Source: Candidatus Xenobia bacterium
Lineage (GTDB): Bacteria > Acidobacteriota > Terriglobia > Acidiferrales > 2-02-FULL-67-57
Assembly (NCBI GenBank): GCA_035573715.1
Contig: DATLZZ010000010.1
Coordinates: 215,355-279,354 of the forward strand
DNA: 64,000 nucleotides
Direction of reading: 5' to 3'
In this document: positions 54,957-64,000 of the stretch, in pieces
How the letters are laid out: each line of letters starts with the position of its first letter
Position numbering within the stretch: position 1 is the stretch's first letter
Made by a program: the position numbers and the translations under genes
Notes under the pieces: model-generated
What the model saw: the letters and a program-made list of their open reading frames with translations, nothing else
Told to the model about the DNA's origin: nothing
Database searches by the model: none

Positions 54957-56429
54957 CTACGCGAGCAGGCGTTTCAGGGTGTCGTTGACCAGTTGCGGGT
55001 TGGCCTGCCCGCGCGAGGCCTTCATCACTTGGCCGACAAAGAACGCGAACAGCGCCGTCTTGCCCTTCTTGTAAGCCTCGACCTGTTGCGGGTTCGCTTC
55101 CAACGCCTGCCGGCAAAGCTTTTCAATCTCGCCTGCGTCGGTGACCTGCTCCAGCTTCTCGGCGGCGATGATTTCCTTGGCCGAGTTGCCGGTGGAGAAC
55201 ATCTTCGCGAAGACAGTTTTCGCCATCTTTCCGGAGAGCGTCCCGGCCTCCACCAGGCCAAGCAGCTCGCCCACAGCAGCCGGCGCGACCGGGGACTCCG
55301 TTATCTCTTTGCCCGCTTCCTTCAGCAACGCCAGCAGCTCCGATTGAATCCAGTTGGCTGCCGCCTTGGCATTCGGCGACGCTTGGGCCGCCGCCTCGAA
55401 GTAGTCGGCCAGCGCCCGCGTAGCGGTCAACACGCCGGCGTCGTAGTCCGTCAGTCCGTAGTCGCGCACAAACCGCGCCCGCCTGGCCGCGGGCAGCTCC
55501 GGCATCTCGCGGCGTATCTTCTCCCGCCAGGCGGCGTCAATCACCGGCGGCAGCAGGTCAGGCTCGGGGAAGTAGCGGTAATCGTGCGCGAACTCCTTCG
55601 AGCGCATCGGCTCGGTGCGCCCAGCGGCCACGTTGAAGAGCCGCGTCTCCTGCTCCACCGTGCCGCCGTTTTCCAGCAGCGTCACCTGGCGGTCAATCTC
55701 GTACTCCAGCGCCCGCACCAGATACCGGAACGAGTTCAGGTTCTTGACCTCCGTTTTGACGCCGAACTTTTCCGCGCCCCGCCGCCGCACGCTCAGGTTG
55801 GCATCGCAGCGCAGCGAGCCTTTCTCCATATCGCAGTCGCTGACTTCGATGTATTCGAGGATTTGCTTCAGAGTGGTCAGATACTCGTAGGCCTCCGCGG
55901 GCGAGCGCAGGTCGGGCTCGCTGACGATTTCAATCAGCGGCACCCCGCAGCGGTTGAAGTCAAGGTAGGTGTTGCGGTCGGAGTCAGGGAAACCCTCGTG
56001 CAGCGACTTGCCCGCGTCCTCTTCCAGGTGCACGCGCGTAATCCCCACCCGCTTTATGCCGTCGTTGAGCCGGATTTCCAACCCGCCGCGCTCGCTGAGC
56101 GGCAGCTCGTACTGAGAAATCTGGTAGCCCTTCGGCAGGTCGGGATAGAAATAATTCTTGCGCGCAAAGCGCGACCGCTCTCGCACCTCGCAGTTCAGCG
56201 CCAGCGCCGCTCGCACGGCCAGCTCCAGCGCCTGCTGGTTCAGCACCGGCAGCGAGCCCGGCAGGCCAAGACACACCGGACAGACGTTGGTGTTGGGCGG
56301 GTCACCGAAGCGCGTCGAGCAACCGCAGAAAATCTTCGACGCCGTCCTGAGCTGGACGTGCACCTCCAGCCCAATAACCGGCTCGTAGTCTTGCGCCACC
56401 GTCGCGAGTTGTTCCCGCGTCAACCCCAT
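54957..56429 (-). CDS. gatB: Asp-tRNA(Asn)/Glu-tRNA(Gln) amidotransferase subunit B
   Basis: Full-length GatB ([24 protein letters not shown]-terminal YqeY-like domain). Confidence 0.9.
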   Translation of the reverse strand: MGLTREQLATVAQDYEPVIGLEVHVQLRTASKIFCGCSTRFGDPPNTNVCPVCLGLPGSLPVLNQQALELAVRAALALNCEVRERSRFARKNYFYPDLPKGYQISQYELPLSERGGLEIRLNDGIKRVGITRVHLEEDAGKSLHEGFPDSDRNTYLDFNRCGVPLIEIVSEPDLRSPAEAYEYLTTLKQILEYIEVSDCDMEKGSLRCDANLSVRRRGAEKFGVKTEVKNLNSFRYLVRALEYEIDRQVTLLENGGTVEQETRLFNVAAGRTEPMRSKEFAHDYRYFPEPDLLPPVIDAAWREKIRREMPELPAARRARFVRDYGLTDYDAGVLTATRALADYFEAAAQASPNAKAAANWIQSELLALLKEAGKEITESPVAPAAVGELLGLVEAGTLSGKMAKTVFAKMFSTGNSAKEIIAAEKLEQVTDAGEIEKLCRQALEANPQQVEAYKKGKTALFAFFVGQVMKASRGQANPQLVNDTLKRLLA

Positions 56430-56533
56430 TGCAGAATTATAGCCGAAGCTCCAACCGTTGCCCGGCCGGCTTGCCCGAGCTTGTCGAAGGGGAGGCTCTC
56501 GCCCCCAAAGAAAGAGAATCCCACCTGCACAGA

Positions 56534-57394
56534 CTAGGCCGACGTTCCGCGCTGCCTCAGGTAATCCGCCAGGGCTTGCTGCCAGGGGCGCATCTCCGGA
56601 AAGCCCGCGGCGCGATAGTTGGCATTGTCGAGCACCGAGTAGGCTGGGCGACGTGCCTTGCGCGCCAGCGCTTCGCTGGTGGTGGGTTGCAGTGCCGGCG
56701 AAAGTCTGGCCAGACGAAAAATCTCCTGCGCGAATTCGAACCATGAACACTGGCCGGTATTGGTCAGGTGGTAAAGCCCGAAGCGATCGGTGTGAATCAA
56801 CGGATTGAGCGCCCTTGCTAGATCGGCGCTGCTGGTCGGCGTGAGCACCTGGTCGGTCACCACCCGGATGGGCTTGTTTTCCGCCGCGAGCTGCAACATG
56901 GTCTCGACGAAGTTGGTTCCTTTGCCGCGCCGGTTGGCCAGCCCGTAGAGCCCGCAGGTGCGGATGAGAAAGTAGCGCTGGCAGCAGCGTTGCACGATGA
57001 GCTCCCCAGCGCGTTTTGAGAGCGCATAGACCGACTGCGGGTTGGGCGCGTCGGCCTCCACGTACGGCGAACCCTTGATTCCATCGAAAACATAGTCGGT
57101 GCTGAAGTGCACCAGCACTGCGCCAATCTCAGCCGCCGCTCGCGCCAGGTGGTAGACGCCGACCGCGTTCACAGCGAAGGCCTGCTCGGGCTGGTCTTCG
57201 CAGTCGTCCACGCGATGGAAGGCCGCGGTGTTGATAATAGCGTCGGGGCGCATATTGAGGACGCGGCTGCGCACGGTGGCGGCGTCGGCGATGTCGAGTT
57301 CTCCGTGGGTAAACGGAAAAAGTTTGTCGCCGGTCAGTGTGGCCAGCAGGTCGGTGGCGAGTTGGCCGCCGGCGCCCAGCAGCAGTATGCGCAT
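56534..57394 (-). CDS. rfbD: dTDP-4-dehydrorhamnose reductase
   Basis: [13 protein letters not shown] Rossmann motif, YxxxK (YALSK). Confidence 0.85.
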   Translation of the reverse strand: MRILLLGAGGQLATDLLATLTGDKLFPFTHGELDIADAATVRSRVLNMRPDAIINTAAFHRVDDCEDQPEQAFAVNAVGVYHLARAAAEIGAVLVHFSTDYVFDGIKGSPYVEADAPNPQSVYALSKRAGELIVQRCCQRYFLIRTCGLYGLANRRGKGTNFVETMLQLAAENKPIRVVTDQVLTPTSSADLARALNPLIHTDRFGLYHLTNTGQCSWFEFAQEIFRLARLSPALQPTTSEALARKARRPAYSVLDNANYRAAGFPEMRPWQQALADYLRQRGTSA

Positions 57395-57481
57395 AGGATG
57401 GTTGTCGCGGGCGGCCCATTGTAACAGCATTGTGGAAGCCAAGTGGGTGCCTGCGAGCCGCGTGGTATACTTTTCCTGCAG

Positions 57482-58426
57482 ATGGGGTGTTCCGGCTCGA
57501 TTGTCATCGTCACCTTCAACTCCGCAGCGCATATTGAAGCGTGCCTGCAGAGCGTGCGCTCGTCTGGGTGGGAAGTCATCGTGGTGGATAACGGCTCGAC
57601 GGACGATTCGGTAGCTCGCGCTCGTGCCTTCCCCGACCTGGTTGTCTTGACCAATTCCCAGAACCGCGGCTTCGCGGCCGCTGCCAACCAGGGAGTGAAG
57701 GCCGCACGGGGTGACTGGGTGCTGTTGCTGAATCCCGACGCCGCAGCCGAGCCGGGCGCATTGGATGCGCTCACGTCGGTCGCCAGCGAAGTCAACGCTG
57801 AAGCCGCCGGCGGACGTCTCCTCAATCCCGACGGCACCACCCAGGTAGGTTTTACTCTGCGGCGCCTGCCGCGCTTGCCCGATATGCTGGCTGAAGTCCT
57901 GCTTCTCAATCGCGTCTTTCCGCGAAACCCGTGGAACCGCCGCTACCGTTGTCTGGACATGAGCTGCGAGGTCGCGGCCGAAGTCGAGCAGCCGGCCGGC
58001 GCCTGTCTGCTGGTCAAGCGGCAGGTGTGGGAAGAACTGGGCGGGATGGACGAAAGTTTCTTTCCATTGTGGTTCGAGGATGTGGACTTCTGTCGAAGGC
58101 TTCGCCAACGCGGTGGACGGATCGTGTATGCGCCGCAGGCGCGGTTCCGTCATCGCGGTGCGCACAGTGTGAAATCGCTTCCCGCCGCGGAACGCCAGCT
58201 TGCCTGGTATCGAAACCTGCTGCGTTACTTTCGAAAACACCACGGACTTGTGGCCGCGGCGATTCTGCGTCTGGGCATTGTCGCCGGAGCCCTGCTGCGC
58301 CTCTTGGCCACGGCGATTGGCGCGCGGCCGGAGACGGGCACGCGGGCGGAGGCGATTCACGCCTGCGCCGGCGTGGTGCGCTGGAGCCTGCTGGGTGAGA
58401 CTACGGCCACGGCGGTGCGCGCATGA
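57482..58426 (+). CDS. family 2 glycosyltransferase
   Basis: VVDNGSTD and DxD-type (LNPDA) motifs. Confidence 0.8.
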   Translation: MGCSGSIVIVTFNSAAHIEACLQSVRSSGWEVIVVDNGSTDDSVARARAFPDLVVLTNSQNRGFAAAANQGVKAARGDWVLLLNPDAAAEPGALDALTSVASEVNAEAAGGRLLNPDGTTQVGFTLRRLPRLPDMLAEVLLLNRVFPRNPWNRRYRCLDMSCEVAAEVEQPAGACLLVKRQVWEELGGMDESFFPLWFEDVDFCRRLRQRGGRIVYAPQARFRHRGAHSVKSLPAAERQLAWYRNLLRYFRKHHGLVAAAILRLGIVAGALLRLLATAIGARPETGTRAEAIHACAGVVRWSLLGETTATAVRA

Positions 58427-60522
58427 AGAGAGTCGCCGCTACCGTCGTGACTCATCACAGCGGACACTATATCCGGCGCTGTCTGGACTCCGTCTTCGCC
58501 CAGTCGGGTGTTGAAGTGGAAGTGGTGGTCGTGGACAACAGCTCGTCGGACGATACCATCGCTCGCCTTGAGCCTTTCCGCGGTCGTATTCGCCTGCTGC
58601 GCAACGAAACCCAGGTCGGTTTCGCGGCGGCTCAGAACCAGGCTATTCGTGAAACACACGCCGAGTGGATCCTTTGCCTGAATCCGGATGTCGAGTTGGA
58701 GCGCGACTTCATTCGGCGACTCCTCGAAGCCGTCGAGCCCCGCTCCCGCGTCGGCGTGGCTTGCGGCAAGCTGCTGCGGATGGCGCCCGACCGGCGCCGC
58801 CGCATGCCCCAGCTTCTTGATTCGACCGGCATCTACTTTACTCCCACGCTGCGCCACTTCGATCGCGGCTCCAACCAGCCCGACGTCGGGCAATACGACA
58901 AGCTGGAATATGTCTTCGGCGCTACCGGCGCGGCGGCCTTCTACCGCCGCGCGATGCTGGAAGACATTGCCGTCGGCGGAGAGTTTTTCGACGAAGACTT
59001 CTTTGCCTACCGCGAAGACGCCGACCTGGCCTGGCGCGCGCAACTGGCTGGCTGGCGCTGCCTCTACGTTCCCCAGGCCGTGGGCCGGCATGTGCGCCGC
59101 GCCTTTCCGCAGAACCGGCGCCAGTTGCCGGACTTCATCAACTGTCACACCACGAAAAACCGCTTCTTGATGCGCGCCAAGAACATGGGCTGGCCGCTTT
59201 ACTGGCGGATGTTTGTTCCGATGAATCTGCGCGACCTGGGCATCCTCGCCTACTGCCTGTTGCGCGAGCGCACCTCGCTGCCGGCCTTCGCCTGGCTGTG
59301 GCGCAATCGAAAGCGAATCTGGGAAAAGCGCGCCGCCGTGCAGGCCAAGCGCCGCGTGAGCGATATCGAGCTGGCGCGCTGGTTCCGCTTCCGTCCCGTC
59401 AGCCTGCGGGCCGAGCCGCTCCCGATGCGCCTCGCCATTGTCGGCACCCGCGGCGTGCCCGCCAACTATGGCGGCTTTGAAACTCTGGCCGAGGAGCTGG
59501 GCGCGCGCCTGGCGGCGCGCGGCCACGAGGTCACCGTCTACGGCCGGCGACCTCAAATACGGTACGACAAGCCCACCTATCGCGGCATGCGTATCGTGCT
59601 CTTGCCCACGCTGGCATGGAAGTACTTCGACACCGTGGTACACACGTTTCTCTGTGCTTTTCACGTGGCCTTCAGCGACGTCGAGGTGGTTTTTCTGTGC
59701 AACGTCGCTAACAGCCCCTTCGCCTGGATCCCGCGCCTGGCCGGCAAGCCGGTGGCGCTCAACGTCGACGGGCTTGATCGCCGTCGCCGGAAATGGAACT
59801 GGCTCGGCCGCGCCTACTTGTGGCTGTGCGAGTGGCTGGCGCTGGTGACGCCCACCGCGATGGTCACCGACGCGCAGGTGATGCAGGACTACTACCGCGA
59901 GCGCTACGGCAAGTGGTCGACCCTCATCGCTTACGGCGCCGAACCGCGCGATGCGGGCGACGGTAAGGCGACACTCGAGCAGGCCGGGCTCAAACCCGGC
60001 CGCTACGTCCTCTATGTCAGCCGGCTCGAACCCGAGAACAACCCCGAACTTGTCATCCGCGGCTTCGAGAAAGTCAGCACCGACTGGCGGTTGGCCGTGG
60101 TGGGCGGTAATTCGTATCGCCCCGAGTATGTCGAGCAGCTCAAGCAGACCCGCGACCCGCGGATCGTTTTCACCGGACCCATCTACGGCGAGGGCTACTG
60201 GCACCTGCAGCGCAACGCCGGCGCTTACGTCCACGCCACCGAAGTGGGAGGAACCCATCCGGCGCTCATTGAGGCCATGTCGTGCGGCAATGCCGTGCTC
60301 TACCTGAACACACCGGAGAACGTGGAAGTCGCCCGCGACGCGGGCGTTCCCTTCGAACCTTCGGCCGACGACCTGGCGCAGAAACTTGAGCGGGTGCTCA
60401 CGAATCCGCAGTTGCGGCAGGAGCTTGCCGTCCGCGCCCACGGCCGCGCCCGTGAGAGGTACAACTGGGACGAGATTACTTCCGAGTACGAGTACTTGTT
60501 CACGCGGCTGCTGCATTCATAA
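58423..60522 (+). CDS. bifunctional glycosyltransferase (N-terminal GT2 + C-terminal GT4-like)
   Basis: GT2 motifs (VVDNSSSDDT, LNPDV). C-terminal GT4-like domain (EX7E-type region GGTHPALIEAMSCGNAV). Confidence 0.75.
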   Translation: MKRVAATVVTHHSGHYIRRCLDSVFAQSGVEVEVVVVDNSSSDDTIARLEPFRGRIRLLRNETQVGFAAAQNQAIRETHAEWILCLNPDVELERDFIRRLLEAVEPRSRVGVACGKLLRMAPDRRRRMPQLLDSTGIYFTPTLRHFDRGSNQPDVGQYDKLEYVFGATGAAAFYRRAMLEDIAVGGEFFDEDFFAYREDADLAWRAQLAGWRCLYVPQAVGRHVRRAFPQNRRQLPDFINCHTTKNRFLMRAKNMGWPLYWRMFVPMNLRDLGILAYCLLRERTSLPAFAWLWRNRKRIWEKRAAVQAKRRVSDIELARWFRFRPVSLRAEPLPMRLAIVGTRGVPANYGGFETLAEELGARLAARGHEVTVYGRRPQIRYDKPTYRGMRIVLLPTLAWKYFDTVVHTFLCAFHVAFSDVEVVFLCNVANSPFAWIPRLAGKPVALNVDGLDRRRRKWNWLGRAYLWLCEWLALVTPTAMVTDAQVMQDYYRERYGKWSTLIAYGAEPRDAGDGKATLEQAGLKPGRYVLYVSRLEPENNPELVIRGFEKVSTDWRLAVVGGNSYRPEYVEQLKQTRDPRIVFTGPIYGEGYWHLQRNAGAYVHATEVGGTHPALIEAMSCGNAVLYLNTPENVEVARDAGVPFEPSADDLAQKLERVLTNPQLRQELAVRAHGRARERYNWDEITSEYEYLFTRLLHS

Positions 60523-60571
60523 TGCTTGACTCGGCGCGCCAACCGACCTAGCATCAACACCAGAGGGGAGC

Positions 60572-60907
60572 ATGGGGACGACCGGCACATATGCTTCCGG
60601 AATCGACCGGCGGGAAGATCACCGCACCACTTTTTTTGCCGAAGCGGAATATGAGTGGGGCGGCAACAAAATGCGCGCCCGCATCCTCAACCTCAGCCTG
60701 GGCGGAATGCTGATGGAGACGCGCGCCCCGCTTCCGGCGATGGCCCAGTTCGTCGCCACGCTGCATCTGGCGGAAGGGCCGCCGCTGGAAGCAATCTGCG
60801 TGGTGAAGCGCCTGGTGCCTGGCGTGGGCATGGGGGTGGAGTTCGTCGACCTCAAGCCCTCCGACCACATCCGCCTGCGGCGCATCGTCGAATCCCTGCC
60901 GCACTAG
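60572..60907 (+). CDS. stand-alone PilZ-domain protein
   Basis: RxxxR (REDHR) and NxSxGG (NLSLGG) motifs. Confidence 0.7.
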   Translation: MGTTGTYASGIDRREDHRTTFFAEAEYEWGGNKMRARILNLSLGGMLMETRAPLPAMAQFVATLHLAEGPPLEAICVVKRLVPGVGMGVEFVDLKPSDHIRLRRIVESLPH

Positions 60908-60919
60908 CCGGAACGCGGC

Positions 60920-62311
60920 TCAGAGACCTGAGTAGGTATTCCGCTTGAGGAAGCGCCCGGCACCCGGTTTGCCGACGAACTTTCCGTTGTCAATCACGAC
61001 GCGGCCGCCCACCAGCACTTGCCGCGGCATCCCTTTCACTTTGATGCCCTCGAACATCGAGTAGTCCACCCGCATGTGGTGCGTCTTGGCGCTGATGACT
61101 TCTTCCTTGTCGGGATCCCACAGCACCAGGTCGGCGTCGGAGCCGACCGCGATGGTGCCTTTGCGGGGGTAGAGCCCGAAGAGTTTCGCCGGCGCGGTGG
61201 AAACCAGCTGCACGAAGCGGTTGATGTTGAACCGCCCGCCGCCCACCCCGCCGGTGTAGACCAGGCTCAAACGGTGCTCGATTCCCGGTCCGCCGTTGGG
61301 AATCTTGGTGAAGTCGTCCCTGCCCATCTCCTTCTGTTCCTTGAAGCAGAACGGGCAGTGGTCGGTGGAGACGACTTGCAGGTCATCTTTCGCCAGGCCC
61401 GCCCAAAGCTTGTCCTGGTGCCACTTTTCGCGCAGCGGTGGCGTGAAGACGTACTTGGCTCCTTCGAAGCCCGGCACGTCGAAGTTGTCGATCGAAAGGA
61501 AGAGGTACTGCGGGCAGGTTTCGGCGTAGGCGGGCAGGCCGCGGTCGCGCGCCTCGCGCACCTTCTCCAACGCGTCGTTGCAGGAGAGGTGAACGATGTA
61601 GACGGGCGCCCCGGCCATCTCGGCCAGCGCAATGGCCCGCGCAGTGGCTTCAGCCTCGGCGGTCGTCGGGCGCGTCAGCGCATGATACTTGGGCGCTGTC
61701 TTGCCCTCCGCCAGCGCCCGCTTGACGATGACGTCAATCGCTCCGCCGTTTTCGGCGTGCATGCAAATCAGGGCCCCGCTCTTCGCTGCCTGGCTCATCG
61801 CCTTGAAGATGAGCGCGTCCTCCACCATGAAGACGCCCGGGTAGGCCATGAACAGCTTGAAGCTCGACACGCCCTCTTGCACCAGCGCGTCCATCTCTTC
61901 CAGCCGCGCGTCCGGCAGGTCGGTCACGATGCAATGGAAGGCGTAGTCGGTCACCGCCTTGTTGTGCGCCTTCTTCATCCAGGTGTCGAACGCCTCGCGC
62001 AGCGTCTGGCCCTTGTACTGGATGGCGAAGTCAATCAGCGTCGTCGTGCCGCCGTGGGCGGCGGCGATGGTGCCGCTCTCAAAATCATCGGCGCTGGTAG
62101 TGCCGCCGAAGGGCATGTCAAGGTGGGTGTGAACGTCGATGCCACCGGGCATGACGTAAAGCCCGCGGGCGTCGAGCACCTGCTTGGCCGACTCGCGCGG
62201 CAAGCTGGCGGCAATGGCGGCGATGCGGCCGTCGCTCAGACCGATGTCGGATGCGTAGGTGTCGGACGCGGTGACGACGGTGCCGCCCTGAATCAGCGTG
62301 TCAAATTGCAT
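60920..62311 (-). CDS. hydA: dihydropyrimidinase (D-hydantoinase)
   Basis: GGIDVHTHLDMPFGG metal-binding motif; amidohydrolase fold. Confidence 0.9.
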   Translation of the reverse strand: MQFDTLIQGGTVVTASDTYASDIGLSDGRIAAIAASLPRESAKQVLDARGLYVMPGGIDVHTHLDMPFGGTTSADDFESGTIAAAHGGTTTLIDFAIQYKGQTLREAFDTWMKKAHNKAVTDYAFHCIVTDLPDARLEEMDALVQEGVSSFKLFMAYPGVFMVEDALIFKAMSQAAKSGALICMHAENGGAIDVIVKRALAEGKTAPKYHALTRPTTAEAEATARAIALAEMAGAPVYIVHLSCNDALEKVREARDRGLPAYAETCPQYLFLSIDNFDVPGFEGAKYVFTPPLREKWHQDKLWAGLAKDDLQVVSTDHCPFCFKEQKEMGRDDFTKIPNGGPGIEHRLSLVYTGGVGGGRFNINRFVQLVSTAPAKLFGLYPRKGTIAVGSDADLVLWDPDKEEVISAKTHHMRVDYSMFEGIKVKGMPRQVLVGGRVVIDNGKFVGKPGAGRFLKRNTYSGL

Positions 62312-62425
62312 GTTCGTCTCCCCTGCGGTGCGAGCGTATGGTAGTGGCGCGCCCGCAGAGGTGTCAACGCAGATGCGTTGATGCGCGCGCGAGGCGCTGT
62401 GCTAGAATCCGCTCCACGAGCGGCC

Positions 62426-63766
62426 ATGCGGGAAACAGCCCCCAAGCTGACGCCGGAGCAGTATGAGCGCAACTTTGCCGACATCGCCCCGCCGCTCACC
62501 CGCCAGCAGGCGCTGCTCGAAGGCGCCCGCTGCCTCTTCTGCTACGACGCGCCCTGTATTCAGGCCTGCCCCACCCGCATTGATGTTCCTTCGTTCATCA
62601 AGAAGATCCTCACCGGCAATCTGAAGGGTTCGGCGCGGGTCATCCTCAGCGCCAACATCCTCGGCCAGAGCTGCGGGCGCGTTTGCCCGACGGAGGTGCT
62701 GTGCGAAGGCGCCTGCGTGCTCAATCGCGAGGGCGAAAAGCCGGTTGAGATTGGCCGCCTGCAGCGCTACGCCGTGGACTATGTGCTCGAGAACAACATC
62801 CGCGTGCTTCACGCCGGCGCCAGAAACGGCAAGCGAGTGGCCTGCATCGGCTCGGGGCCGGCCTCGCTCGGCTGCGCCTCCGAGCTCGCCCAGCGCGGCT
62901 ACGAGGTTGTTATTTACGACAAGAACGAGCTCCCCGGCGGTCTCAATACCTATGGCATTGCCGCCTACAAGACTCGGGCGCACGAGAGCGTGCGCGAGGT
63001 GAAACTGGTCGAAGACCTCGGCGTGAAGATTCACCAACGCGTCGAGGTGGGCAGGGACATCTCTCTCTCCGAACTGGAGGCCAAGTTCGACGCCATCTTC
63101 ATCGGCATCGGCCTGGGAGAGACCTGGGCGCTCGACCTGCCGGGAGAAGACCTGCGCGGCGCCTTTGGGGCCATGGACTTTATCGAGCGCACCAAGAAGG
63201 AACCCTTCCACAAGGTCGACGTCGGCAAGCGCGTCGCCGTCATCGGGGCGGGGAACACAGCCGTCGACGTCGCCACAGCGGCGCGGCGCCTGGGAGCGGA
63301 GTGGGTGGCGATGATTTATCGCCGCGGCGAGCGCGAGATGCCGGCGTTCAAGTACGAGCGCGAACTGGCGCAGAAAGACGGGGTGACATTCATGTGGAAC
63401 ACCCAGCCGGTGCGCATCGTCGGCAACGGCGTGGTCGAGGGGCTGGAGTGCGTGCGCACGCGGCTGCACGGTGACGGCCGCCGCGCCCGCGTCGAGCCCA
63501 TCCCCGGCACCGAGTTCACCCTGCCGGTGGAAATGGTCGTGCGGGCGCTGGGTCAGCAGCCGGTGCTCGAGCTGCTCCGCAGTGTTTCGGGCATCCTGAT
63601 CAAAGACGATTGTGTGGTTGTTGACCCCGACACTGGCCAGACAGGGAACCCGAAGTACTTCGCCGGCGGCGACTGCGTTAACGGCGGCAAGGAGGTGGTG
63701 GACGCTGTGGCGGAGGGCATGAAAGCGGCCAGAGGAATCGATGCGTACTTACGCAGGGCAAGCTAG
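62426..63766 (+). CDS. preT: NAD-dependent dihydropyrimidine dehydrogenase subunit PreT (GltD-like)
   Basis: Two Cys clusters (CLFCYDAPCIQACP, CGRVCPTEVLCEGAC). FAD and NAD Rossmann motifs. Confidence 0.85.
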   Translation: MRETAPKLTPEQYERNFADIAPPLTRQQALLEGARCLFCYDAPCIQACPTRIDVPSFIKKILTGNLKGSARVILSANILGQSCGRVCPTEVLCEGACVLNREGEKPVEIGRLQRYAVDYVLENNIRVLHAGARNGKRVACIGSGPASLGCASELAQRGYEVVIYDKNELPGGLNTYGIAAYKTRAHESVREVKLVEDLGVKIHQRVEVGRDISLSELEAKFDAIFIGIGLGETWALDLPGEDLRGAFGAMDFIERTKKEPFHKVDVGKRVAVIGAGNTAVDVATAARRLGAEWVAMIYRRGEREMPAFKYERELAQKDGVTFMWNTQPVRIVGNGVVEGLECVRTRLHGDGRRARVEPIPGTEFTLPVEMVVRALGQQPVLELLRSVSGILIKDDCVVVDPDTGQTGNPKYFAGGDCVNGGKEVVDAVAEGMKAARGIDAYLRRAS

Positions 63767-63774
63767 GAGGCGTC

Positions 63775-64000
63775 ATGGCGGATCTTAGTATCAACCTGGC
63801 AGGAATCAGGAGCCCGAATCCGTTCTGGCTGGCGAGCGGGCCACCGACCAACACCGGTGGGCAGGTAATGCGCGCCTTCGAAGCCGGCTGGGGCGGCGCG
63901 GTGTGGAAGACGGTGGGCGAGCCCATCATCAACACCGTCTCGCGGTACGGCGGCATCGACCTCGGCCCGCAGAAGCTGATGGGACTGAACAACATCGAGC
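63775..64000 (+). CDS. preA: dihydropyrimidine dehydrogenase subunit PreA (DHOD-like), 5' partial at window end
   Basis: MADLSINLAGIRSPNPFWLASGPPTN... typical PreA/DHOD N-terminus. Truncated by the window edge. Confidence 0.8.
   Translation, partial: MADLSINLAGIRSPNPFWLASGPPTNTGGQVMRAFEAGWGGAVWKTVGEPIINTVSRYGGIDLGPQKLMGLNNIE

Noticed and set aside
54993-56537. 514-aa plus-strand ORF
   Set aside because: Antisense to gatB.

Overview
High-GC (~68-70%) bacterial chromosomal window, probably from a soil Acidobacteria-like organism. Housekeeping genes are interleaved with accessory material. Housekeeping: polA, lpxC, ruvA and ruvB, gatB, panB and panC, folK, a glutamate dehydrogenase, a pyrimidine reductive-degradation cluster (preT, preA and hydA), an NCS2 permease, tRNA-Asn(GTT), and a flotillin/NfeD operon. 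Accessory and unusual content: (1) a candidate selenocysteine-containing Bcp-type peroxiredoxin on the minus strand, with TGA at the catalytic Cys position and a downstream hairpin, which the ORF track misses; (2) two paralogous MBL-fold (PhnP/RNase Z-like) hydrolases, each fused to a C-terminal PilZ domain, plus a stand-alone PilZ protein; (3) a minimal PVM-type bacterial microcompartment satellite locus: class II aldolase with a C-terminal encapsulation-peptide-like helix, one BMC-H and three BMC-P genes, with internal hairpins; (4) a phage-like regulatory module (HTH, Mu Gam-like, cI/LexA-type S24 repressor with a palindromic operator, PP2C phosphatase); (5) a lysis-cassette-like four-gene operon (signal-less glucosaminidase, lipoprotein, small protein, membrane protein) preceded by a tandem 9-mer inverted-repeat array; (6) a TonB-dependent receptor gene interrupted by two in-frame TAG codons in identical context and lacking a signal peptide; (7) three-member paralog families of glycine-zipper secreted proteins (one with a VWA domain) and of 'SPWA-motif' secreted proteins; (8) tandem small proteins with CxDxR/HxxC motifs in the flotillin operon; (9) a dispersed REP-like hairpin repeat family, including one copy in-frame inside a coding region. 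The other ORFs of 700 aa or more in the track are antisense artefacts.
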